64,000 bases of DNA. Origin: Candidatus Uhrbacteria bacterium (GTDB taxonomy: Bacteria; Patescibacteriota; Patescibacteriia; UBA9934; GWF2-40-263). Location: contig JBAXQK010000001.1 of NCBI GenBank assembly GCA_037131775.1, positions 76,708 to 140,707 on the forward strand, given 5' to 3'. A program made the position numbers and the translations under genes. The notes under the pieces were generated by a model, which saw only the letters and a program-made list of their open reading frames with translations, was not told the DNA's origin and searched no databases. Positions 30,297-40,470 of the stretch are shown here, piece after piece. Each line of letters begins with the position of its first letter. Position 1 is the stretch's first letter.

Positions 30297-31237
30297 TTCG
30301 CATTGCGTTCTTTGGAACCCCGGAGTTTTCCGTCCCATTCCTAACGGCCCTCGTCGACGACCCCGCATTCGAGGTCGTCGCTGTCGTTTCGCAGCCCGAT
30401 CGACCGCAGGGCCGCAACCACGAGATTGTCCCGACCCCGGTCAAATCCGTCGCGCTCGACCATCAAATCCCGGTCCTTCAGCCGACGACGCTGCGCGACG
30501 AGTCCGTCCTTGCGACCCTTCTGGCGCTCAATGCCGACTATTTCGTCGTCGTCGCCTACGGAAAAATCATCCCGCAGGCCGTCCTCGACGTCCCGCGCCT
30601 CGGCTGCGTCAACGTCCATCCTTCCCTTCTGCCGAAGTATCGCGGCCCGTCCCCTATGAACTGGGCGATCGCGGAGGGCGACGCGAAGACCGGGGTGACA
30701 ATCATGCTGCTTGACGCGGGAATGGACACCGGCCCGATCCTGTCGCAGACGAGCATCGGCTTGGACTCGGACGAGACAATGGATACGCTCATGGCCAAGG
30801 CACACGAACAGGGCGTCCCGCTCCTGATCGATACGCTCAAGCGGTTCGCGACCGGCGAGATCGTCCCCGTCGCGCAAAACGACGAGGCCGCGACGATGAC
30901 GAAGCTGCTCGACCGCGAAGACGGCCGCATCGACTGGACGCTTCCCATGGAGGTGATCGAACGGCGCTTGCGAGCCTACCAGCCCTGGCCCGGACTCTGG
31001 ACCGTGTGGATGCGAAACGGCGTCGAGACGCGCATCAAGATCCATTCCCTCCAACCGTCCGACTTCCGCGCCGACCTTCCGCCCGGAACCGTCTCAACGA
31101 AAAACAGCCGACTGCACGTCGACTGTTCGGACGGGACGATCGAAATACTGGAACTGCAGCCGGAGGGAAAGCCGCGCATGTCCGCGGAAGCATTCCTCCT
31201 CGGCTATTCCGACGTGAACGGTGCCATGCTTGGCTGA
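30293..31237 (+). CDS. fmt: Methionyl-tRNA formyltransferase
   Basis: FFGTPEF, VVAYGKII, NVHPSLLPKYRG, GMDTGPIL. Confidence 0.98.
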   Translation: MIRIAFFGTPEFSVPFLTALVDDPAFEVVAVVSQPDRPQGRNHEIVPTPVKSVALDHQIPVLQPTTLRDESVLATLLALNADYFVVVAYGKIIPQAVLDVPRLGCVNVHPSLLPKYRGPSPMNWAIAEGDAKTGVTIMLLDAGMDTGPILSQTSIGLDSDETMDTLMAKAHEQGVPLLIDTLKRFATGEIVPVAQNDEAATMTKLLDREDGRIDWTLPMEVIERRLRAYQPWPGLWTVWMRNGVETRIKIHSLQPSDFRADLPPGTVSTKNSRLHVDCSDGTIEILELQPEGKPRMSAEAFLLGYSDVNGAMLG

Positions 31238-32754
31238 AGCGCGCCGGACGCGGCGACAACCGAATCTGAAACGGGAACCTTCTGCGTCGTCGCGGAAGGT
31301 TTTTGGTTGAGGAACGGAACGACGAAAAGAAGCAGTCCGAGGCCAAGCGGGTGGTTGAGATATGGCGAGGTAACGTGCGTCGCATACAGCATGGCAAGGC
31401 ACGAGATCAGCGCGACGGCAAGCCAGGACTGACTCGTCCGCAACGTCGGCCAGAGCCCGCGAACGAGGCCGACGAACAGGAATGCGAAGGCGAGCGGGCC
31501 AAGCAGTCCCATCTTCAGCCATAGCTCCAGCCAGCCCCACTCGAGGGCATACGTCGTCCAGGTCCCGTCCGGATGGATGGCACGGGCGCGCGGATCGTCC
31601 GTCTTGAACGTGATCTCCTGCCCGAACCCGCTGCCAAGCGCGATATGTTCCTTGATCTGGGCCATCAGCGGCGGAAGCAGGTTCCAACGGCTGGATATGG
31701 CCACGTCGGAGACATCCGTCGTTCGGCTCGAGACAAGACCGGTGAGATCGCTGACCCGGCCGACGCGATATGGCAACGGAAACAGGACGATCCCCACGAG
31801 CAGGATGCCTGCCCCGAGCGTCGCGATGACGACAGAGCCAACCGCCTTCCCCGCGACCTTCGTTCCCGGCCACCCGTCGACGAACTTCAACGCGACGAAC
31901 GCGAACGCGCCGGCGATGATACCGACCCAGAAGCTGCGCGAAAGGCTGATGATGACGACCGAGCCGATGCCGACGAGCAAAAGCGTCACGGTACGGTACG
32001 CGCGCTTCGGGACGTCGCGGAGAAACAGGAACGGCGTCAGGAAGAACGCGAACGCGATCACGGAAAACTGCGCCTGGAGAAAGACGCGGAAGATGTTCCC
32101 CGCCATCTTGGTCAGCTCGCCCGTTCGCGTGTCGCGGATGAAGAGATAGACGGCGCCGAGCATCCATTCCGGGAAGTGCGTAAAGACGTATAGGAGTCCG
32201 AGCGTCAGAATCGTCACCCAGGCGGCGGAGGCTGCGAGAACCTGGAGAAGAAGCCGCTTCTTGGTCGCGTCCCAGTCGACGCAGAGGACTGGGAAAAGGT
32301 AGCCGAGGTAAAGATAGGCGTTTCCGTCCTTGAATGCCGTCGTCGGGTCGTGCAACATGAAGCCGATGGCAAATCCGATGGCGACGGCGACGAAGAGCGG
32401 GACGAACGGAGTCAGGCGCGGGTCTCGCAGCGACAATTTCACGCGTCGGGTCACGTTCGCTAGCGCCCACGCGGCCATAACGCCGACGAAGACGGCCATG
32501 CGGGACGAGAGGGAGAATCCGTGGATGTCGAAGGCGACCAGGTGGCCGTGCGAGTTCGCGAACAGCTCGGCGAAGGCGACGAGGAGGCCGAGGTCGAGGC
32601 GCTTCCAGGTAATCGCGAAGATGGCGACCATCGAGACGGCAAGCGCGACGGCGGAGGCGATCGGGAACGGAAAGACTGCGATCGAGACCGCAAAGATGCC
32701 GGCGAGGGCGCCGAGCGTGATCCAGAACGGTTTCCCAAAGAATTGGTCGAACAT
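31204..32754 (-). CDS. O-antigen ligase/polymerase-like membrane protein
   Basis: multi-TM; SLSRSFWVG, R...GSGFG, WLKMGLLG; last gene of the GT cluster. Confidence 0.75.
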   Translation of the reverse strand: MFDQFFGKPFWITLGALAGIFAVSIAVFPFPIASAVALAVSMVAIFAITWKRLDLGLLVAFAELFANSHGHLVAFDIHGFSLSSRMAVFVGVMAAWALANVTRRVKLSLRDPRLTPFVPLFVAVAIGFAIGFMLHDPTTAFKDGNAYLYLGYLFPVLCVDWDATKKRLLLQVLAASAAWVTILTLGLLYVFTHFPEWMLGAVYLFIRDTRTGELTKMAGNIFRVFLQAQFSVIAFAFFLTPFLFLRDVPKRAYRTVTLLLVGIGSVVIISLSRSFWVGIIAGAFAFVALKFVDGWPGTKVAGKAVGSVVIATLGAGILLVGIVLFPLPYRVGRVSDLTGLVSSRTTDVSDVAISSRWNLLPPLMAQIKEHIALGSGFGQEITFKTDDPRARAIHPDGTWTTYALEWGWLELWLKMGLLGPLAFAFLFVGLVRGLWPTLRTSQSWLAVALISCLAMLYATHVTSPYLNHPLGLGLLLFVVPFLNQKPSATTQKVPVSDSVVAASGALQPSMAPFTSE

Positions 32755-32757
32755 AGT

Positions 32758-33603
32758 CTAGGTAGGTTTGATGATGGACGCGATGACCGACAAGACGACA
32801 AAGACCGGATCAAGGACAACGAAGAGAAGCCAGACGGGCCGCCCGTAATGCTTCCGCATATAGCGCCGCAGACTTCGACGGACCATCCCCTGTTTCTTCA
32901 GCGTCCCGACGCGGCTAAACGATCCGCCCTTGCGGTGCAGCATCGAAACGTCGCCATAGTAGCGAACCTTCCAGCCCGCGTCGACCGTCCGCTTGCAGAA
33001 GTCGACCTCCTCGTACCAGAGAAAAAATCCGTCGTCGAGCAGGCCGATCTTGTCGAGCACCTCGCGACGAATGCAGAAGAACGCGCCCATCACCTGGTCC
33101 ACGTCCTGCGTCCGACGGTAGTCAAAATCCTTCATCAGGTAGCGTCGAATCGGTCCGAGGTTCGGAAGGACGTGCGGGAGCTTCGAGAGCAGAAGGAGCT
33201 GGTCGACCGGCGTTGGAAAATGCCAGACGCAATCCTGCTGGGTCCCGTCGAGGTTCTTGAGCGAGATCCCGCCGATTCCGACGTTCGCGTCACGCCGCAT
33301 CCGCTCCTCGATCGCGGAGATCGCGTCGGATGTGAAGATCGTGTCCGGGTTCAAGAGGACGACGAACTCGCCGGCGGACTGTCGAATCGCAAGATTGCAT
33401 CCGCCCGCAAAGCCGAGGTTTCGCTCGCTGATGATGAATCGCACGTTGGGGTACGTTCGTTGCAGTGCCGATGGATCCGTCCCGTCGCCGTTGATCACGA
33501 CGAAGATCTCGAGGTCGTCCCGGTGGACGAATTCGAAGAGCGACGCGAGCATTGTTTCGACGTAATCGAGGGACTTGTAGGAGACGGTGACGATACTGAT
33601 CAT
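32758..33603 (-). CDS. Glycosyltransferase family 2
   Basis: ISIVTVSY, NLGFAGGCN, LLNPDT, FFLWYEEVDFC. Confidence 0.93.
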   Translation of the reverse strand: MISIVTVSYKSLDYVETMLASLFEFVHRDDLEIFVVINGDGTDPSALQRTYPNVRFIISERNLGFAGGCNLAIRQSAGEFVVLLNPDTIFTSDAISAIEERMRRDANVGIGGISLKNLDGTQQDCVWHFPTPVDQLLLLSKLPHVLPNLGPIRRYLMKDFDYRRTQDVDQVMGAFFCIRREVLDKIGLLDDGFFLWYEEVDFCKRTVDAGWKVRYYGDVSMLHRKGGSFSRVGTLKKQGMVRRSLRRYMRKHYGRPVWLLFVVLDPVFVVLSVIASIIKPT

Positions 33604-34301
33604 AGGCGGTGCTTCGTCGCGATAATCGTTCTGGCCTCGTCGTAGCGTCGAACCGAAGACGGCCTCCAGCCAAGCCGGTGCCATGGAATCCGATAGATGA
33701 ACGACGGGCGCCACTGGGAGATGCCCGGGCGGTCGGAGCGGTCGATGACCTGGAAGAGCTCTCGATCGACGAACGTGCCGACATGGCCCTGTTCGAGCAT
33801 CGTGAGCCAGACATCCCAATCCTGGAAACGCCTGATCGACGGGTCGAACCCGGGGAAATGCTCGCGGCGGACGAGCGACGTCGTGTGGACGAAGTTCATG
33901 CGGCGGAGTCGGTTCGCGTCGAACGAAAAGGACGAAAATGACTTCCAACCGAATCGAAACCCGCTGTACGCGTAGCTTGCCTCCGGATGGTCGACAAGCG
34001 CCCGTTCCATCGTCGCGAGCATGTCTGGCGCCATGACCACGTCCGCGTCGCAGAAGATCACGAGGTCGCCGGTCGCCCGCGCGAACCCATTGTTCCGCGC
34101 GACGTTCCCGCCCTGGTTCGACTGCGTCACGATCGTGATGCGATCGGCAAACGCGGCAAGGACGCGTCCGGTCTCGTCCGTGCTGCCGTCGTTCACGACG
34201 ATGATCTCGTCGGGCTTCCGCGTCTGAACGAAAAGAGAGTTCAGACACTCCGAGAGCGTCTTCGCGTGCTGGTAGGACGGGATGATGACGGAGATCGTCA
34301 C
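33600..34301 (-). CDS. Glycosyltransferase family 2
   Basis: ISVIIPSY, VNDGSTD, ARNNG, FCDADV, QDWDVWL. Confidence 0.93.
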   Translation of the reverse strand: MTISVIIPSYQHAKTLSECLNSLFVQTRKPDEIIVVNDGSTDETGRVLAAFADRITIVTQSNQGGNVARNNGFARATGDLVIFCDADVVMAPDMLATMERALVDHPEASYAYSGFRFGWKSFSSFSFDANRLRRMNFVHTTSLVRREHFPGFDPSIRRFQDWDVWLTMLEQGHVGTFVDRELFQVIDRSDRPGISQWRPSFIYRIPWHRLGWRPSSVRRYDEARTIIATKHRL

Positions 34302-35347
34302 AGATATTCCTTCAATTTCTCAAGCTGTACTTCGTTCGTAAACTCGTCGGCAGCCCGCCGATAGGCCGCTTCGCCCAGCCGCCGCCGTTCCTCGTCGCTC
34401 ATGGCCAAACGATACACCGCGTCCGCGAGCGCCGCAATGTCCCCGTCCTTGACGAGAAGGCCTGTCATTCCGTTGAGAACAGCCTCGTCGACGCCCCGCA
34501 TGTCCGTCGCAACCGACGGGACGCCATGCAGCGCGGCCTCGAGATACACCATGCCGAATCCTTCGCGGTCGACGGAATCCGCCACGACCGGCTCGACGAA
34601 TATGTCGGCGGCGGCGTAATGGTCGGAGAGCTGATCGTCGGCCACGTCGCGAGCGATCGTCACTCGGTCGTCGAGACCAAGCTCGGCGATGCGTCGCGCG
34701 ATCGTCTCGAGACAAGGGCCGTCGCCGACGATGTCGTATTGAACGGATAGGTCGGGATGGTCGCGCCGAAGCAGCGACATCGCGTCGAGAACGCGAAGGT
34801 GGCCTTTGCGAGGGACGAGCCGAGCAACGGTAAGCAAACGAAAGACGTGCGCGACGACCACCCCTGACCCCTCCTCCCTATGAGGAGGGGGAACATGTTT
34901 GGATATCGTCGGGTATACGACGACCGTCCTCTCAACCCCAAACTCATTCTTCACTTCCCTCTCCAACGCCTTCGAGTTCGCCACGACCACCTCCGCACCG
35001 CGCAGGACCATCCCAGCGACGATTCGCTTTGCCCAGCGCGTCTTAGCGAGCCCAATGTCCATCCCGTGAACGATCACGACGTACGACGTTCCCGTCATCC
35101 ACTTGAACGCAAGCGCCGCCGTCCCGATCGGCAAGACGTGGCTGACGACAATCGTCGTGTCAACACCGAGTGTCGACGCTTGGCGATCGTGAAAGAATTG
35201 TCGAAGCGCCTGCCACCACCGCGTCGACGGATCCAAGACGGCCACTTCCATCGAATCTGAAAAGTACGCCGCGAGATTCCCGAGGTATCTGGCCACTCCG
35301 CCCCGCGACGGCGCGTAATCAGTCGTGTATAGCCGTGTCTTCGGCAT
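34298..35347 (-). CDS. Glycosyltransferase family 4
   Basis: LTVARLVPRKG, EGFGMVYLEAA, TGLLV; start at ATG 35347. Confidence 0.92.
   Translation of the reverse strand: MPKTRLYTTDYAPSRGGVARYLGNLAAYFSDSMEVAVLDPSTRWWQALRQFFHDRQASTLGVDTTIVVSHVLPIGTAALAFKWMTGTSYVVIVHGMDIGLAKTRWAKRIVAGMVLRGAEVVVANSKALEREVKNEFGVERTVVVYPTISKHVPPPHREEGSGVVVAHVFRLLTVARLVPRKGHLRVLDAMSLLRRDHPDLSVQYDIVGDGPCLETIARRIAELGLDDRVTIARDVADDQLSDHYAAADIFVEPVVADSVDREGFGMVYLEAALHGVPSVATDMRGVDEAVLNGMTGLLVKDGDIAALADAVYRLAMSDEERRRLGEAAYRRAADEFTNEVQLEKLKEYL
34853..34894 (-). repeat. CCCCTCCT hairpin element, copy 4 (in frame in GT4)
   Basis: encodes VPPPHREEGSGVVV in the linker between the two Rossmann domains. Confidence 0.95.
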
Positions 35348-36791
35348 AGGCGGTCTTTCGACGGATAAGCTGGATGATTCCAGTGAGATGATGCTTTTGG
35401 ACCGATCGGGACAACACGAGCATGACGGCATAGACGAACGCGGCAAACGGAAGGGCGAGGTAGAATCCGGTCTCGGGACGAACGAGGCGCGTAGCGAACC
35501 CCATCACGGCGGCGGAACAGATGATCGGGACGATCGTTTTCAGCAGACGCGCGAACCCGTATTCCGGGATCACCTGCGGGACAAACCAGAAGCCGGAGAC
35601 GAACAGGAACGTGAAGCTGATCACGCCGGAATAGGCCGCTCCGAGGATGCCGAACGTCGGAATCAGGAACAGGTTGCTTATCACGTTGATGACCATCGTA
35701 ACGCCCATCACCGCGGTCTTCGTTGCCTGCCGATTCGCGGCATTAAGGAGCGAGCCGACGGGAAAGTCGAGGAAGATGGGAATGAGGACGAAGATGAGGA
35801 CCGCGAGTACCGGCGCGGCGTTCGCATATCCGTCCCCGGCGAGAGCAATCGCGTCCCCGGCAACGGCCCAGAGACCGAACGCGATCGGGGCCGCGAGAAT
35901 CGTCACGTACCAAACAGCCTCGTCGAACAGTCTCGTCAGGGCGTCCGAGTCCTTCTTCCCCACCATCGCGCTCATTCCCGGATACAGCGCGGCGACGAAC
36001 GCCATCGGGAGGAACTGAAACGCGTACGTGAACTTATAGGCCACGGCATAGACGCCGACCGCGGCGGTTCCGACGACCTTGGAGATGATGAGCGAATCGA
36101 CGTACGAGTAAACCTTCACGAACATCCCGGCGAGCGCGAACGGAAGGGCGGCGGCGAGCAACGCCTTGATAGCCTGTTTGTCGAAGTGAGGCCGCAGAAC
36201 CGACCAGCCGTAGATCGAAACGACGTGGCGCGCGGAATAGATCGCGTTGAAGGTCGAACCGACGAGAAGCGCAAGAACGAGAAGGTGAAGCGACGGGTGC
36301 GTCAAAAGGACGATTCCGCCGAACAGGAGCGTGCACGTCTGTCCCACGAAGATCCCGAGCGACTCGAACCGCAGCGTGTGGTGTCCGCGGAGGACGCCGT
36401 AAAACAACAGGCTCATCGCGTCCGCCAGCATCACGAGGGACGCCACGAGGACGAGCTCGCGGACGGTCGCATCGTATCCCAGCGCCCATGACATCGCCAC
36501 CGCGCCGACCGTCGCCAGCGCCATGAACGGAATCTTGAGCCAGACGGCGCGTCGGATCAGGTCCGCGGCGCGCTCCGGAACCTTCGCGACGTCGCGGATC
36601 ACCACCGGCGTCACGCCAAGGTCCGTGATCGTCGAAAAGATCGTCGTAATCGACAGCGCGAGGAAATAATCCCCCGTCGCCTCGGGCCGCATGACGCGCG
36701 CGAGCAACAAGAAATAGAAGAACGCGAGGATCTTCTGCGCGATGGACGCGGCGGTGAGATAGAGGGTATTTTTTGCCACGGGAGAGGACAT
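35319..36791 (-). CDS. Polysaccharide flippase (Wzx/MOP family)
   Basis: VAKNTLYL, DLGVT, AVGVYAVAYK, FGILGAA; about 14 TM. Confidence 0.9.
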   Translation of the reverse strand: MSSPVAKNTLYLTAASIAQKILAFFYFLLLARVMRPEATGDYFLALSITTIFSTITDLGVTPVVIRDVAKVPERAADLIRRAVWLKIPFMALATVGAVAMSWALGYDATVRELVLVASLVMLADAMSLLFYGVLRGHHTLRFESLGIFVGQTCTLLFGGIVLLTHPSLHLLVLALLVGSTFNAIYSARHVVSIYGWSVLRPHFDKQAIKALLAAALPFALAGMFVKVYSYVDSLIISKVVGTAAVGVYAVAYKFTYAFQFLPMAFVAALYPGMSAMVGKKDSDALTRLFDEAVWYVTILAAPIAFGLWAVAGDAIALAGDGYANAAPVLAVLIFVLIPIFLDFPVGSLLNAANRQATKTAVMGVTMVINVISNLFLIPTFGILGAAYSGVISFTFLFVSGFWFVPQVIPEYGFARLLKTIVPIICSAAVMGFATRLVRPETGFYLALPFAAFVYAVMLVLSRSVQKHHLTGIIQLIRRKTAYAEDTAIHD

Positions 36792-36794
36792 AGG

Positions 36795-38540
36795 CTAGGA
36801 CTTGAAGACCTGTTCGGCGCGCTCGGGCTTGCCGTGAATCAGGAATCGAAAGACGACCTTGTGGATCGGATCGAGGTGAGGAAACATGGCTTCGACCTTG
36901 AGATAAACGAATGCCCTGCCCGTTGAATATTCCCCATCCTGGCGCGAAACGGCGGTATTCTCCGACCCGCGGGCAAGGAGAGGCCTCACGATCGCGTCTC
37001 CGACGCCGTCGTTGAGCGCGTCGCTGAACGCAGGATCTTTCCCCGCGTGCGCACGTTGGACGAACGTCGTTCGCTCGGACGTCGAAAGTCTCGTGAGCCT
37101 CGTCAAAATTTCTTGTGACAATTCCCTTGCGGCGATCTCGATCTTCCGCGTCGTAACCTCGTGCGTCTTGTTCGGATCCACGAAGCGATAGTTGCCCGAC
37201 GGGACGACGACGCCGCTCGTCTTCATGGATTCCAAGTCTCGTGCGACGACGGCACGCTTGACCCGAAGATCGGCAAGGATCGCCTCGACCGCGCCGGGAG
37301 CGGAGAGATAAACGGCATCGATCGCCTGGCGCCTGACGCGCTCGTAGGCAAGAACGGCCTGGTCTAGGCGCAGACGATACGTCGCAAATTCCGGAGAGGT
37401 CGCGTCCTTCTGCGAGATCATGTCGGTCGGAGGCGCAATCTCGTCGATACGACGTAACTTTTCCTGATAGTAGCCTGCGATGACCGGCATCCAATCGGGA
37501 ATTTTGACAAACGGAATGTCGATCAGCTGAATTGCCATTGCCCTGCGGCTCGCCGGGTCGGAAAAGACCGCGTCCTTGCCCATGCTGGTCGTGATACTCG
37601 AAAGGACCCCATGGAGCAGCTCGACTTCCTTCGGAGACGAGTTCTCAAACAGATTCCTGTACGTCTCTTCTTTCAGATTCGCATCAATCTCCGCGCCCGT
37701 CGATCCGTCTCTCAGATACGCGATCACCTCGTCCTTTATGAAGCGAGCGGCAGTCTCAATGTCCGTCTTTGCCTCGTGCCTTCTCGGATTCTCGCTTTCC
37801 GCGAAGACCTTCATCAGACGATGGTTTAGGAAATGCTGGCGCTCGTGCGTCATGATTACGTCAAACCCGTATGCGTCCGGAACCGTCTTTAGGACGATAA
37901 AGCTGCTGCTTATATCTCCGAGGTCCCAATGGGACGTCCCGTGCTTTCGATCCAGGGTAATCGACGTGTGCATGGATCCGCCATGGCGGTTTAAAATTTC
38001 GACCTGCTTGGTAAAGTCATCCGCCTTGCGATCCTCCAGGGCCGGGTCATAAAAAACATTGTAGTCCGCAGGGTTCGGGCAGGTCATGATGAAGTATCCC
38101 TCGCGGCGAACCAGAGACACAAGGCCAACGGGATGCTTCCCCGTCCGGGCGGTGAACAGCATCGCGGCGACGGTTTCCGGCGAGTCATCCCCGAATTTTT
38201 CCAATGCCTTTTTTTTCAAAAAATTCTCCTCATGGATCGCTGCCCTTAAAAGCGTCCCGTACTCGTTGACCGCCTCGCGGGCAGCATGTCGAATGGAAAA
38301 TCTGGTGGCGGGAGAATCCGGCGGAAGCCGCGCGATGAGCCGGTTGACCATCGCCGAATCAACGCCCGAGTCGGACGCCGAAAGGACGCGGTCCAATTCC
38401 AAAAGGGTCGCGACCGTCGACTGGCGACGGTCCATTGTGGCATGCTCCAGGGACTCGCGTCGCTCGGTCTGCGAAACCGTGTCCGGAACAAAGCGCCCTC
38501 CTTCGGGCGGAAATGATCGCTCTGCCATAGTTGAATCCAT
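36795..38540 (-). CDS. Large orphan protein with HExxH motif
   Basis: ~580-aa ORF; THERQH with downstream IKDE; start uncertain (38540 or 38567). Confidence 0.7.
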   Translation of the reverse strand: MDSTMAERSFPPEGGRFVPDTVSQTERRESLEHATMDRRQSTVATLLELDRVLSASDSGVDSAMVNRLIARLPPDSPATRFSIRHAAREAVNEYGTLLRAAIHEENFLKKKALEKFGDDSPETVAAMLFTARTGKHPVGLVSLVRREGYFIMTCPNPADYNVFYDPALEDRKADDFTKQVEILNRHGGSMHTSITLDRKHGTSHWDLGDISSSFIVLKTVPDAYGFDVIMTHERQHFLNHRLMKVFAESENPRRHEAKTDIETAARFIKDEVIAYLRDGSTGAEIDANLKEETYRNLFENSSPKEVELLHGVLSSITTSMGKDAVFSDPASRRAMAIQLIDIPFVKIPDWMPVIAGYYQEKLRRIDEIAPPTDMISQKDATSPEFATYRLRLDQAVLAYERVRRQAIDAVYLSAPGAVEAILADLRVKRAVVARDLESMKTSGVVVPSGNYRFVDPNKTHEVTTRKIEIAARELSQEILTRLTRLSTSERTTFVQRAHAGKDPAFSDALNDGVGDAIVRPLLARGSENTAVSRQDGEYSTGRAFVYLKVEAMFPHLDPIHKVVFRFLIHGKPERAEQVFKS

Positions 38541-38565
38541 TTTACCCTCTTTCTCCCCTTCCCAC

Positions 38566-38602
38566 AAACCAAAAACCGGTCCGACACGTCGTCGGACCGG
38601 TT
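38566..38602 (-). terminator. Intrinsic terminator of the ribosomal-protein operon
   Basis: AACCGGTCCGAC-N5-GTCGGACCGGTT with T-run on the minus strand, just after rpsI. Confidence 0.85.
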
Positions 38603-38613
38603 CGAAATTCTTT

Positions 38614-39018
38614 CTAACGCTTCGCCCACTGCGGAGAGCGGCGCGCTCCGGTGTGGCCGTACTTCTTGCGCTCGCGCACGCGCGCGTCGCGGGAGAGGTA
38701 GCCGAGCTTTTTGAGCGTCGGGCGGAAGTCGATGCTGATGGTGATCAGCGCGCGGGCGATGCCGAGGCGAACCGCGTCGGCCTGGCCGTGCACGCCGCCT
38801 CCGGCGACGACGACGGAGACGTCAAACTTGTTCTCCGTTCCGGTCGCGACGAATGGGGCGTTGACCGCCTGCTGCAGCGTGAAGAGCGGGAAATATTCCG
38901 CCATCTCACGGCCGTTGACCGTGATCTTGCCCGAACCTTCCGGCGAGAGACGAACCTGGGCCGTAGCCTCCTTGCGGCGGCCGAGTCCCGGGATGTATTT
39001 TGCAGTCGTTTCGCTCAT
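38614..39018 (-). CDS. rpsI: 30S ribosomal protein S9
   Basis: [29 protein letters not shown]...PQWAKR. Confidence 0.98.
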   Translation of the reverse strand: MSETTAKYIPGLGRRKEATAQVRLSPEGSGKITVNGREMAEYFPLFTLQQAVNAPFVATGTENKFDVSVVVAGGGVHGQADAVRLGIARALITISIDFRPTLKKLGYLSRDARVRERKKYGHTGARRSPQWAKR

Positions 39019-39019
39019 A

Positions 39020-39379
39020 TTAGTTCGAGATAGTCAGACGGCGCATGCGAGGCGTGCGGTGCGTGTTCTTCGGAAGCATGCGGTCCACGGCGCGACGGAG
39101 AACGTCGGCCGGATCCTTGGCCCAAACGGTCTTCATCAGCGTGGCCGAAAGTCCGCGCGGACCGCCGGTGTGCGCATAGTACGTCTTCTGTTCCAGCTTG
39201 TTGCCAGAGATCTTCATCTTAGAGGCGTTCTTCACCTCGACCGCGTCGCCGTCGTCGACGTTCGGCGTCCAGCTGGCCTTGGTCTTTCCGATGAGGGTCA
39301 TGGCAATCTGGGTCGCGAGGCGTCCCGGAGCCATTCCTGCGGCGTCAAACGTTTGAATTGTGCGTGTGCTCTTCGTCAT
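39020..39379 (-). CDS. rplM: 50S ribosomal protein L13 (short form)
   Basis: [33 protein letters not shown]. Confidence 0.95.
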   Translation of the reverse strand: MTKSTRTIQTFDAAGMAPGRLATQIAMTLIGKTKASWTPNVDDGDAVEVKNASKMKISGNKLEQKTYYAHTGGPRGLSATLMKTVWAKDPADVLRRAVDRMLPKNTHRTPRMRRLTISN

Positions 39380-39383
39380 AGGA

Positions 39384-39734
39384 TTAGACAAGCTCAATCT
39401 GAACCACGTCCGCGGCGTCGCTCACGCGGTGTCCGAGCTTGACGATACGGGTGTAGCCGCCCATGCGCGTAGCATAGCGGGGACCAAGCACCTCCAAGAT
39501 CTTCTTCACCGGATGCTCGGTGTAGAAGAACTTCATGAGGTTGCGGCGCGTGGCGAGCGACGGGACCTTTCCCGACGTAATCGCGCGCTCCACGAGCGGA
39601 CGGACCGCCTTGGCCTTGGCCTCCGTGGTCTGCACCTTTTCGTACAGGATCACGCTTGCCGCAAGGTTGCGAAGCAAGGCTTCGCGCGGAGCTTTTTCAC
39701 GGCCGAGTTTTACGCTCTTTTTCCGATGACGCAT
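39384..39734 (-). CDS. rplQ: 50S ribosomal protein L17
   Basis: MRHRK...LGR, TTEAKAK, GGYTRIVK. Confidence 0.98.
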   Translation of the reverse strand: MRHRKKSVKLGREKAPREALLRNLAASVILYEKVQTTEAKAKAVRPLVERAITSGKVPSLATRRNLMKFFYTEHPVKKILEVLGPRYATRMGGYTRIVKLGHRVSDAADVVQIELV

Positions 39735-39742
39735 ACAAGTGT

Positions 39743-40456
39743 TTAAGCCGCGCTTTCCTCCGAAGCGATCGGATTTTGCAACAGAATGGAGAAATAATCG
39801 ATGAGAATCTTGGCGGACTCCTTCACGGCGTCCTCGGGGGTGATCGTGCCGTCGGTCTCGATGTTCATGACGAGCTTGTCGTAGTTGGTGATCTCGCCGA
39901 CGCGCGTGTTTTCGACGCGGTAGCCGACGTTTCGCACCGGCGAGTAGAGCGCGTCGATGGCGATCGTTCCGATGTCGTTGATTTCTCCCGTTCGTTCATC
40001 CGTCGGGATGTATCCGCGACCGCGGCCCACCGTGAGCTCAAGCTCGAACGTTCCGCCGTCGTCGGTGATCGTGGCGATCTTCATGTCCGGGTTGACGATC
40101 TCGACGTCGGCGTTCGCGTCAATGTCGCCGGCCGTCACCACGCGGGAGCCCTTGACCTTCAGGCTGAGCTTGACCGGCTCCTCGCTGAAGCACTTCAGGC
40201 GGAGGCCCTTGAGGTTCAGGATGATCTCCAGCATGTCTTCCTTGACATTCGGGATCGCCTGGAACTCATGGGTGCCGCCCTTGATCTTTACCGCCGTCAC
40301 GGCCGATCCCGGCAGCGACGACAGCATCACGCGGCGGAGCGCGTTTCCGAGGGTTGTTCCGTAACCGTGAAAGCACGGCTCAACGACCAAGACGCCCTCG
40401 TTGGAACGAGCGCCTGGTTCAAATTTGATCGTTGATGGGAGAAGGATGTTCTCCAT
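39743..40456 (-). CDS. rpoA: RNA polymerase alpha subunit (N-terminal domain only)
   Basis: EPCFHGYGTTLGNALRRVMLSSLPG, IDALYSPV; ends at 237 aa. Confidence 0.96.
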   Translation of the reverse strand: MENILLPSTIKFEPGARSNEGVLVVEPCFHGYGTTLGNALRRVMLSSLPGSAVTAVKIKGGTHEFQAIPNVKEDMLEIILNLKGLRLKCFSEEPVKLSLKVKGSRVVTAGDIDANADVEIVNPDMKIATITDDGGTFELELTVGRGRGYIPTDERTGEINDIGTIAIDALYSPVRNVGYRVENTRVGEITNYDKLVMNIETDGTITPEDAVKESAKILIDYFSILLQNPIASEESAA

Positions 40457-40470
40457 AGGCTCGCAAAAAA

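Noticed and set aside
32758-34248. 496-aa ORF suggesting a fused or frameshifted glycosyltransferase
   Set aside because: Two separate GT2 genes with a normal 4-bp ATGA overlap at 33600-33603 explain it.
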